A program made the translations under genes and the position numbers. DNA of 64,000 nucleotides from the NCBI GenBank assembly GCA_001179505.1, contig CDMY01000296.1:1-64000 (forward strand). Direction: 5' to 3'. The DNA comes from Vitrella brassicaformis CCMP3155. Lineage: Eukaryota; Protista; Chromerida. Positions 25,301-38,773 of this stretch are shown here, in pieces (position 1 is the first letter of the stretch; every line of letters starts with the position of its first letter). The notes below the pieces were generated by a model. The model did not search any database. It was not told where the DNA came from and worked only from the letters and a program-made list of their open reading frames with translations.

Positions 25301-25366
25301 AAGTCAGGTCTGGAGGCCTACCCCGAGTTGCTGAGCGAGATCATCGTGTCGCTGCCTCCCAAGTGA
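22355..25366 (+). CDS. NHL-repeat beta-propeller + BTB/POZ domain protein
   Basis: NHL repeats (FNSPFGFSFAPDGSLVVADTDN, FKSPTGIVV, LDTPTAIAVAPDGTIYVSD). BTB (YADVTFDVHGTQLRAHCAILACRC, AFAAFLCFLYSD). BACK-like C-terminus ending SLPPK*. Confidence 0.9.
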
Positions 25367-25637
25367 CTCATAGATAGCATGGTGGGGGCAGGGCACCTTT
25401 ACCGAGGTATGTAACCACTCGCACCCACTGCACTGCATCCATGCCGACGTCACGTCACGTCAAGCATCCACACACAATGTTATATGTCTCCCTCCCTCGC
25501 TTGCCTACGTGTGTGCGCCAGTGGCTGTTTGTCTGGTTTCTGCCTGCAACAGGTGATTGCCCCCACACCCGCCATGCCCCCTGCAGTGCCCCGCATACGT
25601 CATCACAGGCAAGCCCTGGCAGGCCTATCCGTCATGT

Positions 25638-25639
<2 letters not shown>

Positions 25640-25668
<29 letters not shown>

Positions 25669-25973
25669 CACCCNNNNNNNNNNNNNNNNNNNNNNNNNNN
25701 NNNNNNNNNNNNNNNNNNNNNNNNNNNNNNNNNNNNNNNNNNNNNNNNNNNNNNNNNNNNNNNNNNNNNNNNNNNNNNNNNNNNNNNNNNNNNNNNNNNN
25801 NNNNNNNNNNNNNNNNNNNNNNNNNNNNNNNNNNNNNNNNNNNNNNNNNNNNNNNNNNNNNNNNNNNNNNNNNNNNNNNNNNNNNNNNNNNNNNNNNNNN
25901 NNNNNNNNNNNNNNNNNNNNNNNNNNNNNNNNNNNNNNNNNNNNNNNNNNNNNNNNNNNNNNNNNNNNNNNNN
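25640..25973. other. Poly-C tract (~30 nt) followed by assembly gap (25674-25973, 300 N)
   Basis: Seen directly. Confidence 1.
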
Positions 25974-26631
25974 GTAGGTACAAGCTGCAGAGAGAGAGGG
26001 AGGCGAATGATTTGGCAGTGAGTGACCGAGGGAGCAGCAGTCGTCTCAACACAGGTAGAGACCGGTCGGGCTATCTAGATAGAGTGCGGGGTGGTTTGCT
26101 GAGAGACGCGGCTGTTCGGGCCTGCATGCTGCACAGACAGCAGATAGATAGTCGTCACGTGCAGACGCTGCGCTGCGTCCATGGACGGATGGATGGATGG
26201 ATGGATGTGATGTGGCGATGTGGCGTCGTGTGCGTGCCACACCGTGTAGATTAGATGGATGACCTGACGATGCATGAGGCTTCATTGGTGTGTGTTGACG
26301 CAACAAACAGCTCGATGCAACACAGTCGGTCGGTCGGATGAATCAGATCAGATGTATGTTTCTGTCTGCTACACATGTGAGCAAAAGGCTTCCCCCCCGC
26401 CCCACACACACACACACGCGTTAGGGAATACACTGACGACACGTTGGCCGTCTGTACTGAACTGTTTTCTCGGCGGTCGATCGACAAACACTGATCCGAT
26501 GGACGACGGTGTCCCACACCCCATGCATCACATCGCCTCGGAGTCTGTCTGTGCTTCCCTTCCTCATCTCCCTATCTCCTCCGTCCCTTGGTCACACACA
26601 GTAGCTAGCTAGTGGCCCATCCATCACTCCC

Positions 26632-29600
26632 TCACAGCTTGACCTCGAGCTGCAGCACCACCGGCGGCCCCAGACGCACACCTCTCTCATCCCACCCACA
26701 GGCCTCCACGTACAGATCCTCCTCAAGCAACTGCACGAGGGAGGGAGGGACAACCAAGCACAGCACTCACACACGGCCATCATTGATTCGATCTGTGTTA
26801 ACTGACCCGACCCCTCGCCCGCCCTGCCCACGTTGGTACGGTGCGCAAGTACTTACGTAAGTACCTGTTTTGCCTGCACAGGCAGCACCCGCCTGGCGTC
26901 ACACTGTGCGGCGGAGAGAGAGGCGCGACACACCGGCACCTTCAGGGTGGCGACGTGGCGCAGCGAGGGCGACGTGGCGCCTCCACTCCTCCTCGACTTG
27001 GCCATAGCCCACACATCGAACGTCGAGCTGCACCAATGCCCATAGGTCGCAACCTGATGCACACACACACACACACACAGACACACACACACCATACAGA
27101 CATACAGTCTGATTGGTGCGGCCATCCATCCAATGACCTGAGCCTCTGCCATGGAGCGAGGGGCGGCCCCACCCACGACAGGGTGAGAGGAGGGGCCGTG
27201 TGTCCACCCAGGTTGCTCCTTGGCTCTCCTGCTGGCGTGTCCTGGCAGACCGTCTGTCGGCATTGCCTTGGTCAGCCCAGCGGCCACAGTTGTGGGGGTC
27301 CTCTCCATTGTGGCCCTCAAATGCAACACGGGCAGCAAATCACGTGCTCGCTGGACACACCATCACCACCACACCAACCACACCAACCATGCCATGGATG
27401 TGTGCGTGTGTCTACGTGTACCTGTGGGTCTTGACCTTTGCTTCCCACATACCTGTCTGTCGGCGCTGCTGACGGTGGTGATGCGGGCGGCGAGGCGGAT
27501 GGGCGGCGCGAGGCAGAAGAAGCGGGGCGGGAGATGGTGAGGAAGGCTCAGCAGCCGCTGAAACACGCCGCACCAATCCGACGCCTCGTGCAGCGACACT
27601 TGCTGCCACGTAAGTCACACACGTCAGCCAATACACATCAACACACACACTGCCATGAGCATGACATACGCACACACACGTGTGTGTGTCTGTTCTGTGT
27701 GCACCTCACCGACCTGCATGGTGTGTTTGTGCGTCCACCACTCCTGCAGCCGCACAGAGGTGGCGTAGCTGCACTCTCTGCTTCGGCGATGGGTGCGTAG
27801 CAGGCAGTGGGCCGACAGGGCCAGCCGTATCCAGTGGGTCAGGGCCGCTCGTGTGAGGGGGGAGTGCTGGTGACCCCACTCGCGAAGCCCCTGCAATCTG
27901 CACACGCCCACATATATATCGATCGACTCACGCATGAATGACAAACAGACACTCTGGCTGGCCACACCGACTCATCCACTCCACACCTTGCGATTTGCAG
28001 CTGCAGCTGTTTTAGTGTGGTCTTCCTCCTGCCCCTTCCCACGTCGCTGCCATGTCCATCGCCTGTCGCCCCCCCGTGTGTGTGAGCAGAGAAGGATGGC
28101 GGCATCTGGGCTCCCCACCCCGTCGGCCGACGAACCAGCGACAGCAGTGGCTTGGACGACGGTCGTCTGCTGCTGGACGAGGGCAGTGGGGCTGCCGATA
28201 ACTCTGTCCTCACATGTGCGAAAGCTGATTGACGGAGAGAGAGGGATGAGGAGAAGACAAGACACACATTGGATGCAGGCCGTGCACGGCCGTGGACGCA
28301 TTTCTTTCTTGTTGGCTCTCACTCACCTCTCATGAGTTCCATGACTGCCTGCAGGTACGTCAGCTGGAACTCCATGTCGATGCTGCCTAGCGCGTCGGGG
28401 AAAGCGTGGCGTGTCTGCATTGACTGCATGGCCTCGAGGGACCTCAGCGCTCGACCAAGGGAGGACACACACGCTCTCTCGGCTGGCGAAGACACTGCGT
28501 CCCATAAGGGGCCGTGGGCGAAGGCTGAGGTGATGTCGGCCAGTGCAGTGAGCCACAACGAGGCCCACAACGGTGTCACCTGCAAGCAGGACAATGGAGG
28601 GAAGCGGAAGTAAGGAATGAGAGGAGCTCTCACGCCCCTCTCTCTCCCCACCCACCCTGTCGGCCAGATGGAGGAAAGCATTTGCACTCTCGTTGAAGGC
28701 ACCGGCCGTGGCGCACACGACGGCGCACCGGTAGGCCTCCCAGTGGTTGTCGGCCTTGATGGCGACCTCTATCGCCCCCCTGCCCATGTCCCTGCGCGCC
28801 TTCCGCTGACTGACCCCCATGGCGACCCGCAGCTGGAGCGCCAGCAGGGGGGGCTGCATGGGCACACGGATCTTCTGCGGCAGACTGCTGGTCTTCTTGA
28901 TGAGCAGTGAGGGGGGTGTTGCTTGCACATGGTGGTCCCCCACAGCCACGGTCACTGTGACCGTCTTGCCCTCCCTGTCGCCTCTTGCAACACCCAGGGC
29001 CGTCAGTAAGGTGACGATGAGGCGATACCGGGCACCTTCATCGGCTTTTTCAGCCCTGCTTATCGCCTCGAGCAACTTGACGGCTGAGAGGGCGGAGAAG
29101 GGGCACCCCGCTGCGTGCTGCCGTGCCCTCCGCACTGGTGTCAGGAACCATCGCTGAATCAGAGACAGCGTCTCCTCGGTGTCGTGGGATTGCAGGACGT
29201 TTGTAAGCAGGTTGACTCGCGCCGATTCTAATCGTGTATAGTAGTGATCTGTGGTAGCTGAGGATAGGTAAGCTCCGACATGGGACCACTGCCGGCCCAG
29301 TGTGTTGAAGACCTCAGACCCTGCAGACCAGACCAGGGAGGGACACGCAGAGCAGAGAGAGACGCGATACGTGGCGGCGTGCACCCCATCTCATCAATGC
29401 CATGCTCATCTGACTGACTTACCAAGCTCGAGCGCGGCGATCCGTTCGTCGAGCTGCTCGGCGGTAAGGTCCTCTTTGCCGTCGGTGTCGCCGATCTCCC
29501 CCTCCTCGGCATCCTGACCCTCCTGCGCATCCAGCCAGCCGACCAGATCACCCACCATCCCCTCCAGACCGCTGCACACACTCCCAAGGCCGCCCTCAAC

Positions 29601-31409
29601 CACGCCATTATGCAGCTTCCTCCGCTTGGTCTCCCCCCCCTTCCCCTCCCCACACACATGCATCTTCACAGTGGGCAGTGTGACGCCGTCACACATGTCG
29701 TCGAGGAATGTCAGGGGCCGCGACACGTCTAGTGCGGGAGCGTTGAGGGGCGTTTCTCTGCTAGCAGTGCTGCTGCAGCTGCTTTCGGACAGACATGCAG
29801 ACGAGATCGCCCGGGCGATGAAACGGTAGAAGTGTGCTGTAGCGACGGGGCCTGCAGAGAAGAGGTGACGGTGGCGCCAGAATGTCCAGAGTGGGAGGTC
29901 GATAAACATTGGGGGCGAGGGGGACGAGGTGAGGCCCTTGAGCCACTCGTGGACTGAGGGAGGGCTATCGGTGTGAGCTGAGAGGGAACACTCCAAGAAT
30001 GACAGCCGCAGCAGCGCATCCAGCGACCTGCAGAGGCATCAATCAGACACGTTAATTGGTTGGTGGATGGGGTGGCTTGCTCGGCCGGCCGTGTCAATTA
30101 CTTGAGTGCCGGAATGGCTATTGAAGCGTAGAAGGCTGCGTATGGGCTGTAGAGGTCCGCTGATCTGACGGCCGGCATGTGCACTAACAGCACCTGCAGC
30201 CACGCTACGAGCAAGCCCACCTGCAGGACACAAAACAGACAGACACATCACGCTGGCTGGCAGGTTAATTCCAGCCTGTCCATTCCAGACGGCCCGCGTA
30301 CGTACGTACCAGAGCGAATGCGAGACATGTGTTTGTCTCGGCCATAGCTGTAGCGGCCTCCATGGCCATCGCCCCAGCCGTCGCCCACCACCTCACCTCC
30401 TCGCCATCCTCACCACCATCACGGCCCACCAGCTGCTTGAACCGCACCCCAGCGGCCGCCAGCCGCCTCACCGACGCACTGAAGAGTTTCGTCAATGCAC
30501 GCATCGCCGCAGCGGCCTCGTGCTCATTGTCCCGTGATGACTGTCGGGGGGCCTGCTGGTCGGCGTAGGGAGCGAGGAAGGCAGATGCGTCCGATGTTCT
30601 AGAGGTTGCAGCAAAGCTGGTGAGGATGGCGACCAGACGGCCGATGAGGTGGGGGGCTTCGCGAGCCATACGCAGCGCACATTCGGGCTGCTGGTCGAGC
30701 ACGCTGATGAACCCATCAATCTGCAAAGAAGACAGACAGACAGACAGTCACCGAAAGAAGTTGACGGATCACCCCTCCCTCCCCTCTCCACCCACACCTT
30801 TTCGACGACCGTGTCCGCCACGATGCCCCGGACCTTCTGCGCCCTCACCAGCGCCTCAAGCGCATCCAGTGCCCCCAGCTGCCGTCCGCCCGCTAGCCCA
30901 TCTCTCTGGCACACATCGATATCTGCCAGCAGTTTCGTCACAAATGCGGCCCTGGCGACCGGCTGGTCAGTCAGCAACTCGGGTTGCAAAGCCAGCAGAT
31001 GATAAACCAGCGCATTCTGCCATGTGGCAGGCGCCTTGCCGCTCTCCTTCTTGCCCTCGTAGCCCTCCTCTCGCACGCACTCCGGCACCCGCAAGCGCTG
31101 CGCCTCAGTGAGAAGCCCCTCGAGGCGGCCCTCAGGCAAGCCGCTGAGTGCCAGGACGGGCAGGCATTGCAACACGGGCGACGTGCCAGACAGCTGGGTC
31201 AGTGCAGAGTCCACCAGACACACCGCAGAGCCTCTCTGCGAGTCACGCTGAATGTGTTGCAGGAGCTGGATAAAGGCGGTACTTTTGGGGCCTGCATGAG
31301 CAGTAGTCTGTAGCTGGGCAGTAAGAGCACTGACGCTCGCCTCACGAGGTGGCCCAGGCGGCATCAGCCGCCGTCGCGCAAGAGTGGGGTCAACAGCGAG
31401 GGAGTTCAT
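26632..31409 (-). CDS. INTS7: Large helical-repeat protein, probable Integrator complex subunit 7 homolog
   Basis: Similarity to INTS7 as recalled, in the expected order: TDQPVARA (~30960), NHWEAYRCAVVCATAG...LADRV|...LWLTAL (~28760-28530), EFQLTYLQAVMEL, and C-terminal VEACGWDERGVRLGPPVVLQLEVKL*. Confidence 0.58.
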
Positions 31410-32347
31410 TCGACGGAGATGATGGTAAGTGGATCTGGGCAGTGAGAGAAAGCAGTGATGAACGCGATGGAAGCATCAATGCCTCACGACAGTGCCGCGA
31501 GGTGCCAGATCTGGACCACTTCTGATTTTTTCGCCAAACAGCGCAGTGAAGCACCGCGTGTGAGTCACCTTACTCCCTCAGATTGTCAATGGCAGGAGGT
31601 GCCCCGCAGAATTTCGCTCCTCATCTGCAATCTAAGCTCGCAGTTGGTGTCCGTAAAACGGTTCAGAAGGACAGTGGTTTCTGATCCAGTTTTTTCGATC
31701 CCACGGGGTCTGTGGTCCTCACTCCCGACGAGCACCTGAAGCCAAGCAACCGCGGACTGTGTGATTCTGCTCCCTCTGAGCCGCGTCGCATGTGACTGTC
31801 CCCTCCCTCCCTGCCGGCGGTTGCACACCACACGGCTCTGCCTTGGATTGGACACTGCAGAGTGAGTTGGTCATCCACCTTTCGGCCGCATTTTTCATCT
31901 GCTTGACGCGGACGGCCTCGGTCTTTCCGCCGCCACGCTACACGGTGTGCGCCCTCCCTGCCTCGTTCCTGCTCGTTGCTTGGTGAGGTGGAGGGCCGCT
32001 GCAGCCTGAGAAGGAGGACAAGGACGGACTGCCGGCGTATCCGAGGTGATCAACCGGAGGGGTCGTCAACCTCGCCGCACCAGGTGGGTGGGTATTCATG
32101 AATGCGCGGCAGGGAGAGCCGCCGTCACAGAGCGGGGAGAGGCCTGGGTGCGGGCAGGGAGGCAGGGAGGGATGCATGGCATGGCTGAGTAAAGACAGAC
32201 GAGACGAGAGGGGCGCACAGAATCAATCTCTCCATATATTCTCTTGCCCCTCACCCCACCTACCTTTGCTTGTTGCCGTGCAGACAGACAAGTGACATAC
32301 ATACATCAAGTGGGTGGCTCGACTGCCGGTGAATCGTTCCCGCCATC

Positions 32348-34374
32348 ATGGACGCCGAGATCGCCGGAGGGTCGTTCCCCAGTTCCCATCTGCACCAGAT
32401 GGTCCAATCTCACCTGAAGCCTTCGTCCTGGGTATCTCCGCAATGGAAGGCAAGTAGCGGCGTCCGCCGCAGCAGCCGCACCACCCAACACAGCGACGCC
32501 GCTCCGGCCGGGATCATCCCTCTCGACGCCTTCCGGACGTCGTGTGAGGGCAACGAGGCGGCCAGCCTGGCTTTGAGCCGGCTCAACAAGGCCAACAATA
32601 CCGAGGCCGGAACCGTCCCCGCCGCCTTCATGTACGAGAAACCGATGGACGAGAGGGACTGGCGCGGCCGACTCCTGGGCGACTCCCCCAGCCCAGCCAT
32701 GAAGCACGAGCCAGCGACGGTCAAGACGGCCGCCATCGAGGACGGGACGGCGGCTGTTCTCTCGCCTGAGGCGCACCGCAAGACGGAGATCTTGCCTTCC
32801 CATGCTCCACCGGCCAAGGAGCTTTTCAGATGGACCAGGTGCGCCAGACAGAGAGAGATGGATGGATGGATCCGTCATGTCATGTCATGTGGGTGCGTTG
32901 GTTTGTTTGTTTCTTCGTTGGTCGGTTGCTTCATTATTGGTTGGTCGATCGATCAATCGATTGAGCAGGGAGATGGCCGACCACGCAAAGGCGATGCGCG
33001 AGTTGCAGACGCCCAAGGTGGCCCAGACGACCAGCCCGCAGCGGAAGGACCAGCCTGAGCTGCCCCTGCAGCTGCCCAACTCGATGGCGCCCCCTTCGCC
33101 AGGCGGCCTGCTGATGCGCCGGGGAGGCGCCGAGTTCCGCAATCTTCGTGTGGACACCAAAGGCACATCCCCCAGGGTCAACAACTCCTCCACCGGCGGT
33201 GGCGGTCCACCAGGTGGCATTTTTGTGGTCAACGGGATGCGTCGGCGGCGAGTGGTGCCGGCGACGCCCCTGCTGAGCGAGAAGGCCATGCAGGTCCGCA
33301 AGCGAGTGCGAGGCGGCGACATGCATGACAACCCCGACGCACACATGTACCTGAACGGCCACGGCCAGCACCGCCATGGCCACCGGGGCAGCGAGTCGCC
33401 CGAGCGGGTCAAGCACCCTGGCGGCCGGGATGCCCACGTCAAGCGTTTCAAGCACGGTGTGCCGGTGGATGGTTCGGGCAACAACGGAGGCAACGGCAAG
33501 GGCAAGAACCCGGCGGGCGGCAAGGGGCGGCGGTACTGCCTCTGTGAGGGCAAGTCGAGGGGCTTCATGATCTGCTGCGACAAATGCCAGGTGAGGATTC
33601 ACTCGAGTGACTCACATGGCCACACACATGACACACACATGACACACACACCGAGCCGGAACACAGACCACATCCATCGATCGATCGAGTGTGTTGTGCT
33701 GTGCTGTGTGGTGGCTTCGCTTGTCGATGGTTTGTCAGAATTGGTTCCACCCCAAGTGTGTGGGTTTGACGACGAGCGAGGCGCGCAACTGGCCCAAGGA
33801 TGAGGCCTACTACTGCCCGCCCTGCAGGGACGCCACCGAGGACCTGATCAACGAGGAGGACGTCAACGACAACTCGCTCCCCTCCTCAGCCAAGGACGCC
33901 GTCATGCGGGATGAGGACAACGCAGACGACATCAACAGCAACATCAACCCCAACCCTAACAACGATCGACAAATGCCGGTGGGCGCACATCCCATCCGCT
34001 TCACACAAGCACAAGGATGGATGGATGGGTGGATGGATGGATGTGCGTGCATGTGTGTGCAGATACAGGACGTGTTCGTTCCGTCACGGGAGAGTGCCCC
34101 CTTCCCTCTCCCTGCGCCTCTCCCCTATCAGCAGCTGCTGTCTGGTGGAGGTGGAGGTGGCCGGGCTCCGGTGATGCCGCCGGCCGACATCCCGCCGCCC
34201 ATGACGGGTGACGAGGAAGCGCACATCCCGAGGCTCGGCAAGACGGCGGGGCGCATCCGGGACAAGGATGGCCGCTTCATGGCCAAAACCGGCATCACGG
34301 TGCCGATACCGGCGTCGCAGGCTCCACCAAGGCAGCTTGGACTTCCACGACTCACAGGAGGGCCATCGTCCTAG
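32348..34374 (+). CDS. PHD-finger protein A
   Basis: Spliced PHD YCLCEGKSRGFMICCDKCQ|NWFHPKCVGL...YYCPPC (intron 33591-33738). The true 3' end may extend past 34374. Confidence 0.85.
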
Positions 34375-35514
34375 CTACCGGCTGTCAGAGCCAGAGGGCG
34401 GGGGAGGGAGTGGCCAGGGTGGCGACGACGGCGGTGCGTTGGGCACATTAAGGCAAAGAAGTAGGTGTCCGCTGCAGGAGGCTGGCCGATTGGTGTTGGA
34501 CGACGAGCGGGTCTACCTGTCAGTCTGTTTGTCTCGATGTCATTTTCTCTCCGTGAGCGTCAGTGGGTGGGGGCCTGCCTGAAGGGGAGAATGGGCGAGT
34601 GGGGGGCGGGTGTGTGTGTGACAAGACAGAAAGGCCGGCTTGCTGAAGAAAGTGGTGCGTGTGTCCACGCCCACTGTTTCTCCACATGCCGGCCGACTGA
34701 CTGACTGACTGATTATTTGCGGCTGCACTGCCCACCTGCATGATCTACACATCCGTGAATTGGTGCAACGGGAGAGGGAGAGGGAAGGGAAGGATTCTCC
34801 CTCGGAGGGAGGAAAACGTCGTGAGAGGCTCGATCACCATATATGGATGGACGGACGGTGGATGGTGGACGCCCCTGTCTGTCTGTCCGTGTTGCAATCG
34901 TGTGTTTGTCTCTCCTCATCCGCCTTAATTACCCTGCTTTGCTTTGCATCCCTGACGTGCCGTCAGGTAAGGTTTGCATGTGTAAGCACATCAGGCAAGG
35001 CAAGCCTCACTTGCGGGCATGGGAGGCGACACGGGGAGGATGAATGGATGGATGGATGAAGGATGGCAATGGGCTTTCCAGAGACATACAAATGCATGCA
35101 CATGACTGACATGACCTGCTGCTGAATGCACTCACTGCACAGCCAGACAGCCGTTCGTGAGCGGAATGGCGGTTGGGTACACGCATGCATGGTGGTAGAC
35201 AGACACCATCTCGAATCGATTCATCTAGCTAGCTACCATTTCAGGGCCCATCCATCACTGCATGCCATGCCAGATGGATAAATGCAATCAATGCAGCCGG
35301 CCTTTCCCATCCCATAGCTATCCGTCCACTGAGTCATATGTCCGTCCCTTCAACCAACCGGTTACTCATTCAGGCAGGCAGGCAGGCATCATGCACTGCA
35401 CTCGCTAGTCAGGCAGGCATATCGGTAGGTACAGCCTCAGCCCACCGATCTGTCTGTCTGTCTCTAGCGGCCAGATCCCCTCTGTGGATCCATCTATACT
35501 GTCTGTCTGTCTGT

Positions 35515-37425
35515 CTACACCGCCTCCTCCTCCCCCTCGATGGAGTCCATGGGGCTCCTCTCGTCGCTGCGGTCCTCACCATTATCACCAAAACTGCCCT
35601 CAGGCCTGTCATCCACTACTCCAACCTCCACCTCCCCCTCGAGCTGCCCCTGCTCCCCCTTTTTCTTGCCACCCTTGGCGCTGCTGCGGGTGCGGACGCG
35701 CTTGGCTGCCCTGGCGCTCCTGCTGCGGTTGAACCCGCGGCCGCCCCCACTCTGCTGTTTGGACTGGGCCTGGGCCTTGCGCTTGCGGGGGAGGGGGTGC
35801 GACAGGATCTCCTGGTTAGCGGGGTTGCGGATGCACCTGAGGGAGGGAGGGAGGGAGGGGGAGAGGGAGGGAGGGAGGGATGGAGACATATACATAAGAG
35901 AGACCGTTGTCTTTTGTTGTGTGGTCTTGGTTGGGCTGTTAATGTGTGATTACGTGGGGCATAGGTATGGTTTGCGCGAGGGCCAGGCGGCCACCTTCTG
36001 CACGGTCATCCCCACACACTTCTGCAGGATATATGGAGGGGATGGGGAAGGGAAGAAACGAGAACAGACACACCGGACGGTGTGCACACAACGGCCATCC
36101 ATCCATCCATCCCCACCGGGTGGAACCAGTTCTCGCATGCGTCGCATTCGATCATGCAGCCCTTGGCCGGACCGCCACACAACTGCACACACAACACAAC
36201 ACAACACAACACGACAAACAGCACAGCACAGCACAGCAGATGGGCTCAGTCAGCTTTCGTGTTGGTTCGATGCATGTGTGTGTATGTATCTGTTTGACTG
36301 CCGTGCGTGTTGTTGCGTTGGGTACATACACAGTACTGCTCCTCCTTGGAGCTCATGGACGAACAAGAATCCTCCAACTTGGACTCGTCATCACCGTTGT
36401 CCTCATCTACACACACAAGCACACACAACACAATACAATGGAAGGCGCCTACAATAAATATAAACCCCCTGCGTAGTCTTACGCCGAACTCACTGACCGT
36501 CCCCCTCCTCGCTGCTATCGTCTGGGTCGTCCTCGCTGCCCCTCTTGCCCGACTGCACGCTCTCGGCCGCATCGACACGGCGACGGGGCGCACCCCAAAT
36601 GCGCGGCGGGCGACGGGCGCGGCGCCTCCCCTTGACATCCCCCGCGCTGTGGTGGGTGGTGCCGTTGTGGCTGTTGCTCTCGCCGTTGGCCTGGCTGCCG
36701 TTCATGCTGTTCCCGGGCGGCTCTTTGCTCCGCACCGGCATCACACGCTCCACCGGGCGGCGCAAGATGCCGTTCTTGACATAGGTGCCCTTGAGGGCAT
36801 GCTGCTGCTGCTGTTGCGGCTCCTCCTTGCCGCCGTCCGGGCCGTTCTCCCCCCCTACCTCCCCTCCGTCCTTATCCCTTTCCCCTCCCTCGACGGTGTG
36901 GCCGTTCATCATCGGCGGCTGCATCTGCCCACCACCATCACCATGCCCATTGGTATCGCCCCCCTGCTGTCCGTTGTCCTCCTCCTTATCGCCCTCGAGC
37001 GATGGGTGCGGGGAGTCGTCGATGTCCATCATGGCGTCGGGCGTCTGCTGACACCGCACCTCCTTGGCGTGATGCGCCATCACGTCAGTCCAGCGGAAGA
37101 GCTCGATGCCCAGGGGCGGCGTCATGGCTATGGCCTCCTCCTCATCCACTTTGGTGTTTTCGGTGAAGAATCCGTCCCGGACGGCCGTGGGCTCGACGGG
37201 TCTGACGGCCAGCCAGTCGGCGGCATGGCCGGATGAGGCGAACGAGGTGATGGTGGCGTAGATGGCCTCATGCCCGCTGTTGTCGGCGATGACCTGCCGC
37301 TGTTGTAGGGTGGCCATGGTGCTGGGGCGGCCGGTAGGTCGGCCGGCGGCGTGTCGTGCCTGGATGTAGCTGTACAAGGCGCCGTGGCCCAGGGATCCGT
37401 CGGACACTTCCACGGAAGGAAACAT
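35515..37425 (-). CDS. PHD-finger protein B (paralog of A)
   Basis: Spliced PHD YC|LCGGPAKGCMIECDACENWFHP|KCVGM...YLCPT|C with a basic/acidic tail ending EEEAV*. Start at 37425 or 37317. Confidence 0.85.
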
Positions 37426-37578
37426 GACGCTCCAACGAGCAGCAACAACCCAACGCGTCAAGGAAAACAGGCAGTCAGCGGCGCCCCGACGTGCAGCGTT
37501 TACACCGCTTTTGCGAGCTTACAGCCCTTCACCCCACCCCCTTAGAGCTTCTCCAAATCTTCGGGTCGTCTCTGCCAA

Positions 37579-38448
37579 ATGAAGGTTGACGGAGCATTCA
37601 TTGTCCTGTTGGTGTCTAGCTACATCTTCTGCTGCTTGGACACTCTCGCATCGGCCTTCCTTGTGCCATCCTCAACATCAGCAAGGCGGCCATTGAGGCC
37701 CGCAAAGAGAGATCTGAGGGTGCACTCATCTTCTCGCGTCATCGGTAATGCTCGTGCTGTTGCTCAGGAGGTTTGTTGTGGAGCATCAGGGGACAGTGAT
37801 GGTGCCGTCGACCGTCGCTCTCTTATCGGTCCTTCTGTGGCTGCACTGGTGGCTCTCGGATTAGGCGGGAGAAGGGCGTGGGCGATTGACATGGAAACGT
37901 ACGAGTTTGCAAAGGTGGCATTATTCGTCATCAGCAAGGAGATAGGTCGGGTCAGCCCTTGGGACGAAGGCACACAGTCATCCACACATTGATCTGTATG
38001 TGTGTGTGTGTGTGTGTGTGTGTGGATAGAGGGCGGCAACATCGAGAGGATGAAGAAGGACATCGACAAAGGCAAGGCGCGCGCACACACAGACAGACAC
38101 ACACACACCAGACAACCCAGAGAGTATCACGTGTGTGTGTGTGTGTGATTGCTTCCCTCTCCCCGCCTGGCCATCCGTCCACTTACAGGCAACTTTGAGG
38201 ATTTGATCGCCTTCACCCGTAAGTACAACGGGGTGCTGTCTCAGGAGATGAGCAACGCCAACAAGATCTTTACAGACGAGGCCAAGAAGGAGGGCAAGTC
38301 GCTCAAGGAGAAGGCGCGGGATCACCTTATCGAGATCAACCAATCGGCGAGGCGGCGCTCCGCTGAGGGGTGCAACGCTGGCCTCGAGGGCCTCAAGAAG
38401 GACTTGGTTGACTTCACCCAGCTGGCGCAAGTCGAGCCACCGTCATGA
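37579..38448 (+). CDS. Plastid thylakoid-lumen-targeted protein, PsbQ-like helical bundle
   Basis: Signal peptide ending ASA-FL, a Ser/Arg-rich transit peptide, twin-arginine DRRSL + hydrophobic + AWA cleavage, then a ~120 aa amphipathic helical mature part. Three exons. Confidence 0.65.
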
Positions 38449-38773
38449 TGCGATGCACATGCTCATTGATTGGTGTGCAGAGATGGATAGATTGCATTGG
38501 ATGGAGTGGTTGATGGATGGATGGAGAGTCCACAGACATGAATGACACACATGACATGGCCGGCCGGCCGGCAAGACTAAAACTACTCACTGTACACCAC
38601 ATCACGTCACGTCACACGTACGTCAGTCACTAATTGCCGCCATGCCCTCACAATCCCTCCAAAGTTGTTCGCCGCTGACTGATCCTTCCCCTTCCCTCAG
38701 CCAGGCATTCAGGCAAACCCCCACGAACCACCATAAACCGCACGAGATGTATCCAATCCACGTCATGATATCA

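Noticed and set aside
36307-37236. Long + strand ORF (309 aa) and many similar long ORFs, e.g. 134..1009(-), 41288..42406(+), 54353..55174(+)
   Set aside because: Antisense or off-frame shadows of GC-rich real exons, or runs through microsatellite introns. No independent motifs.
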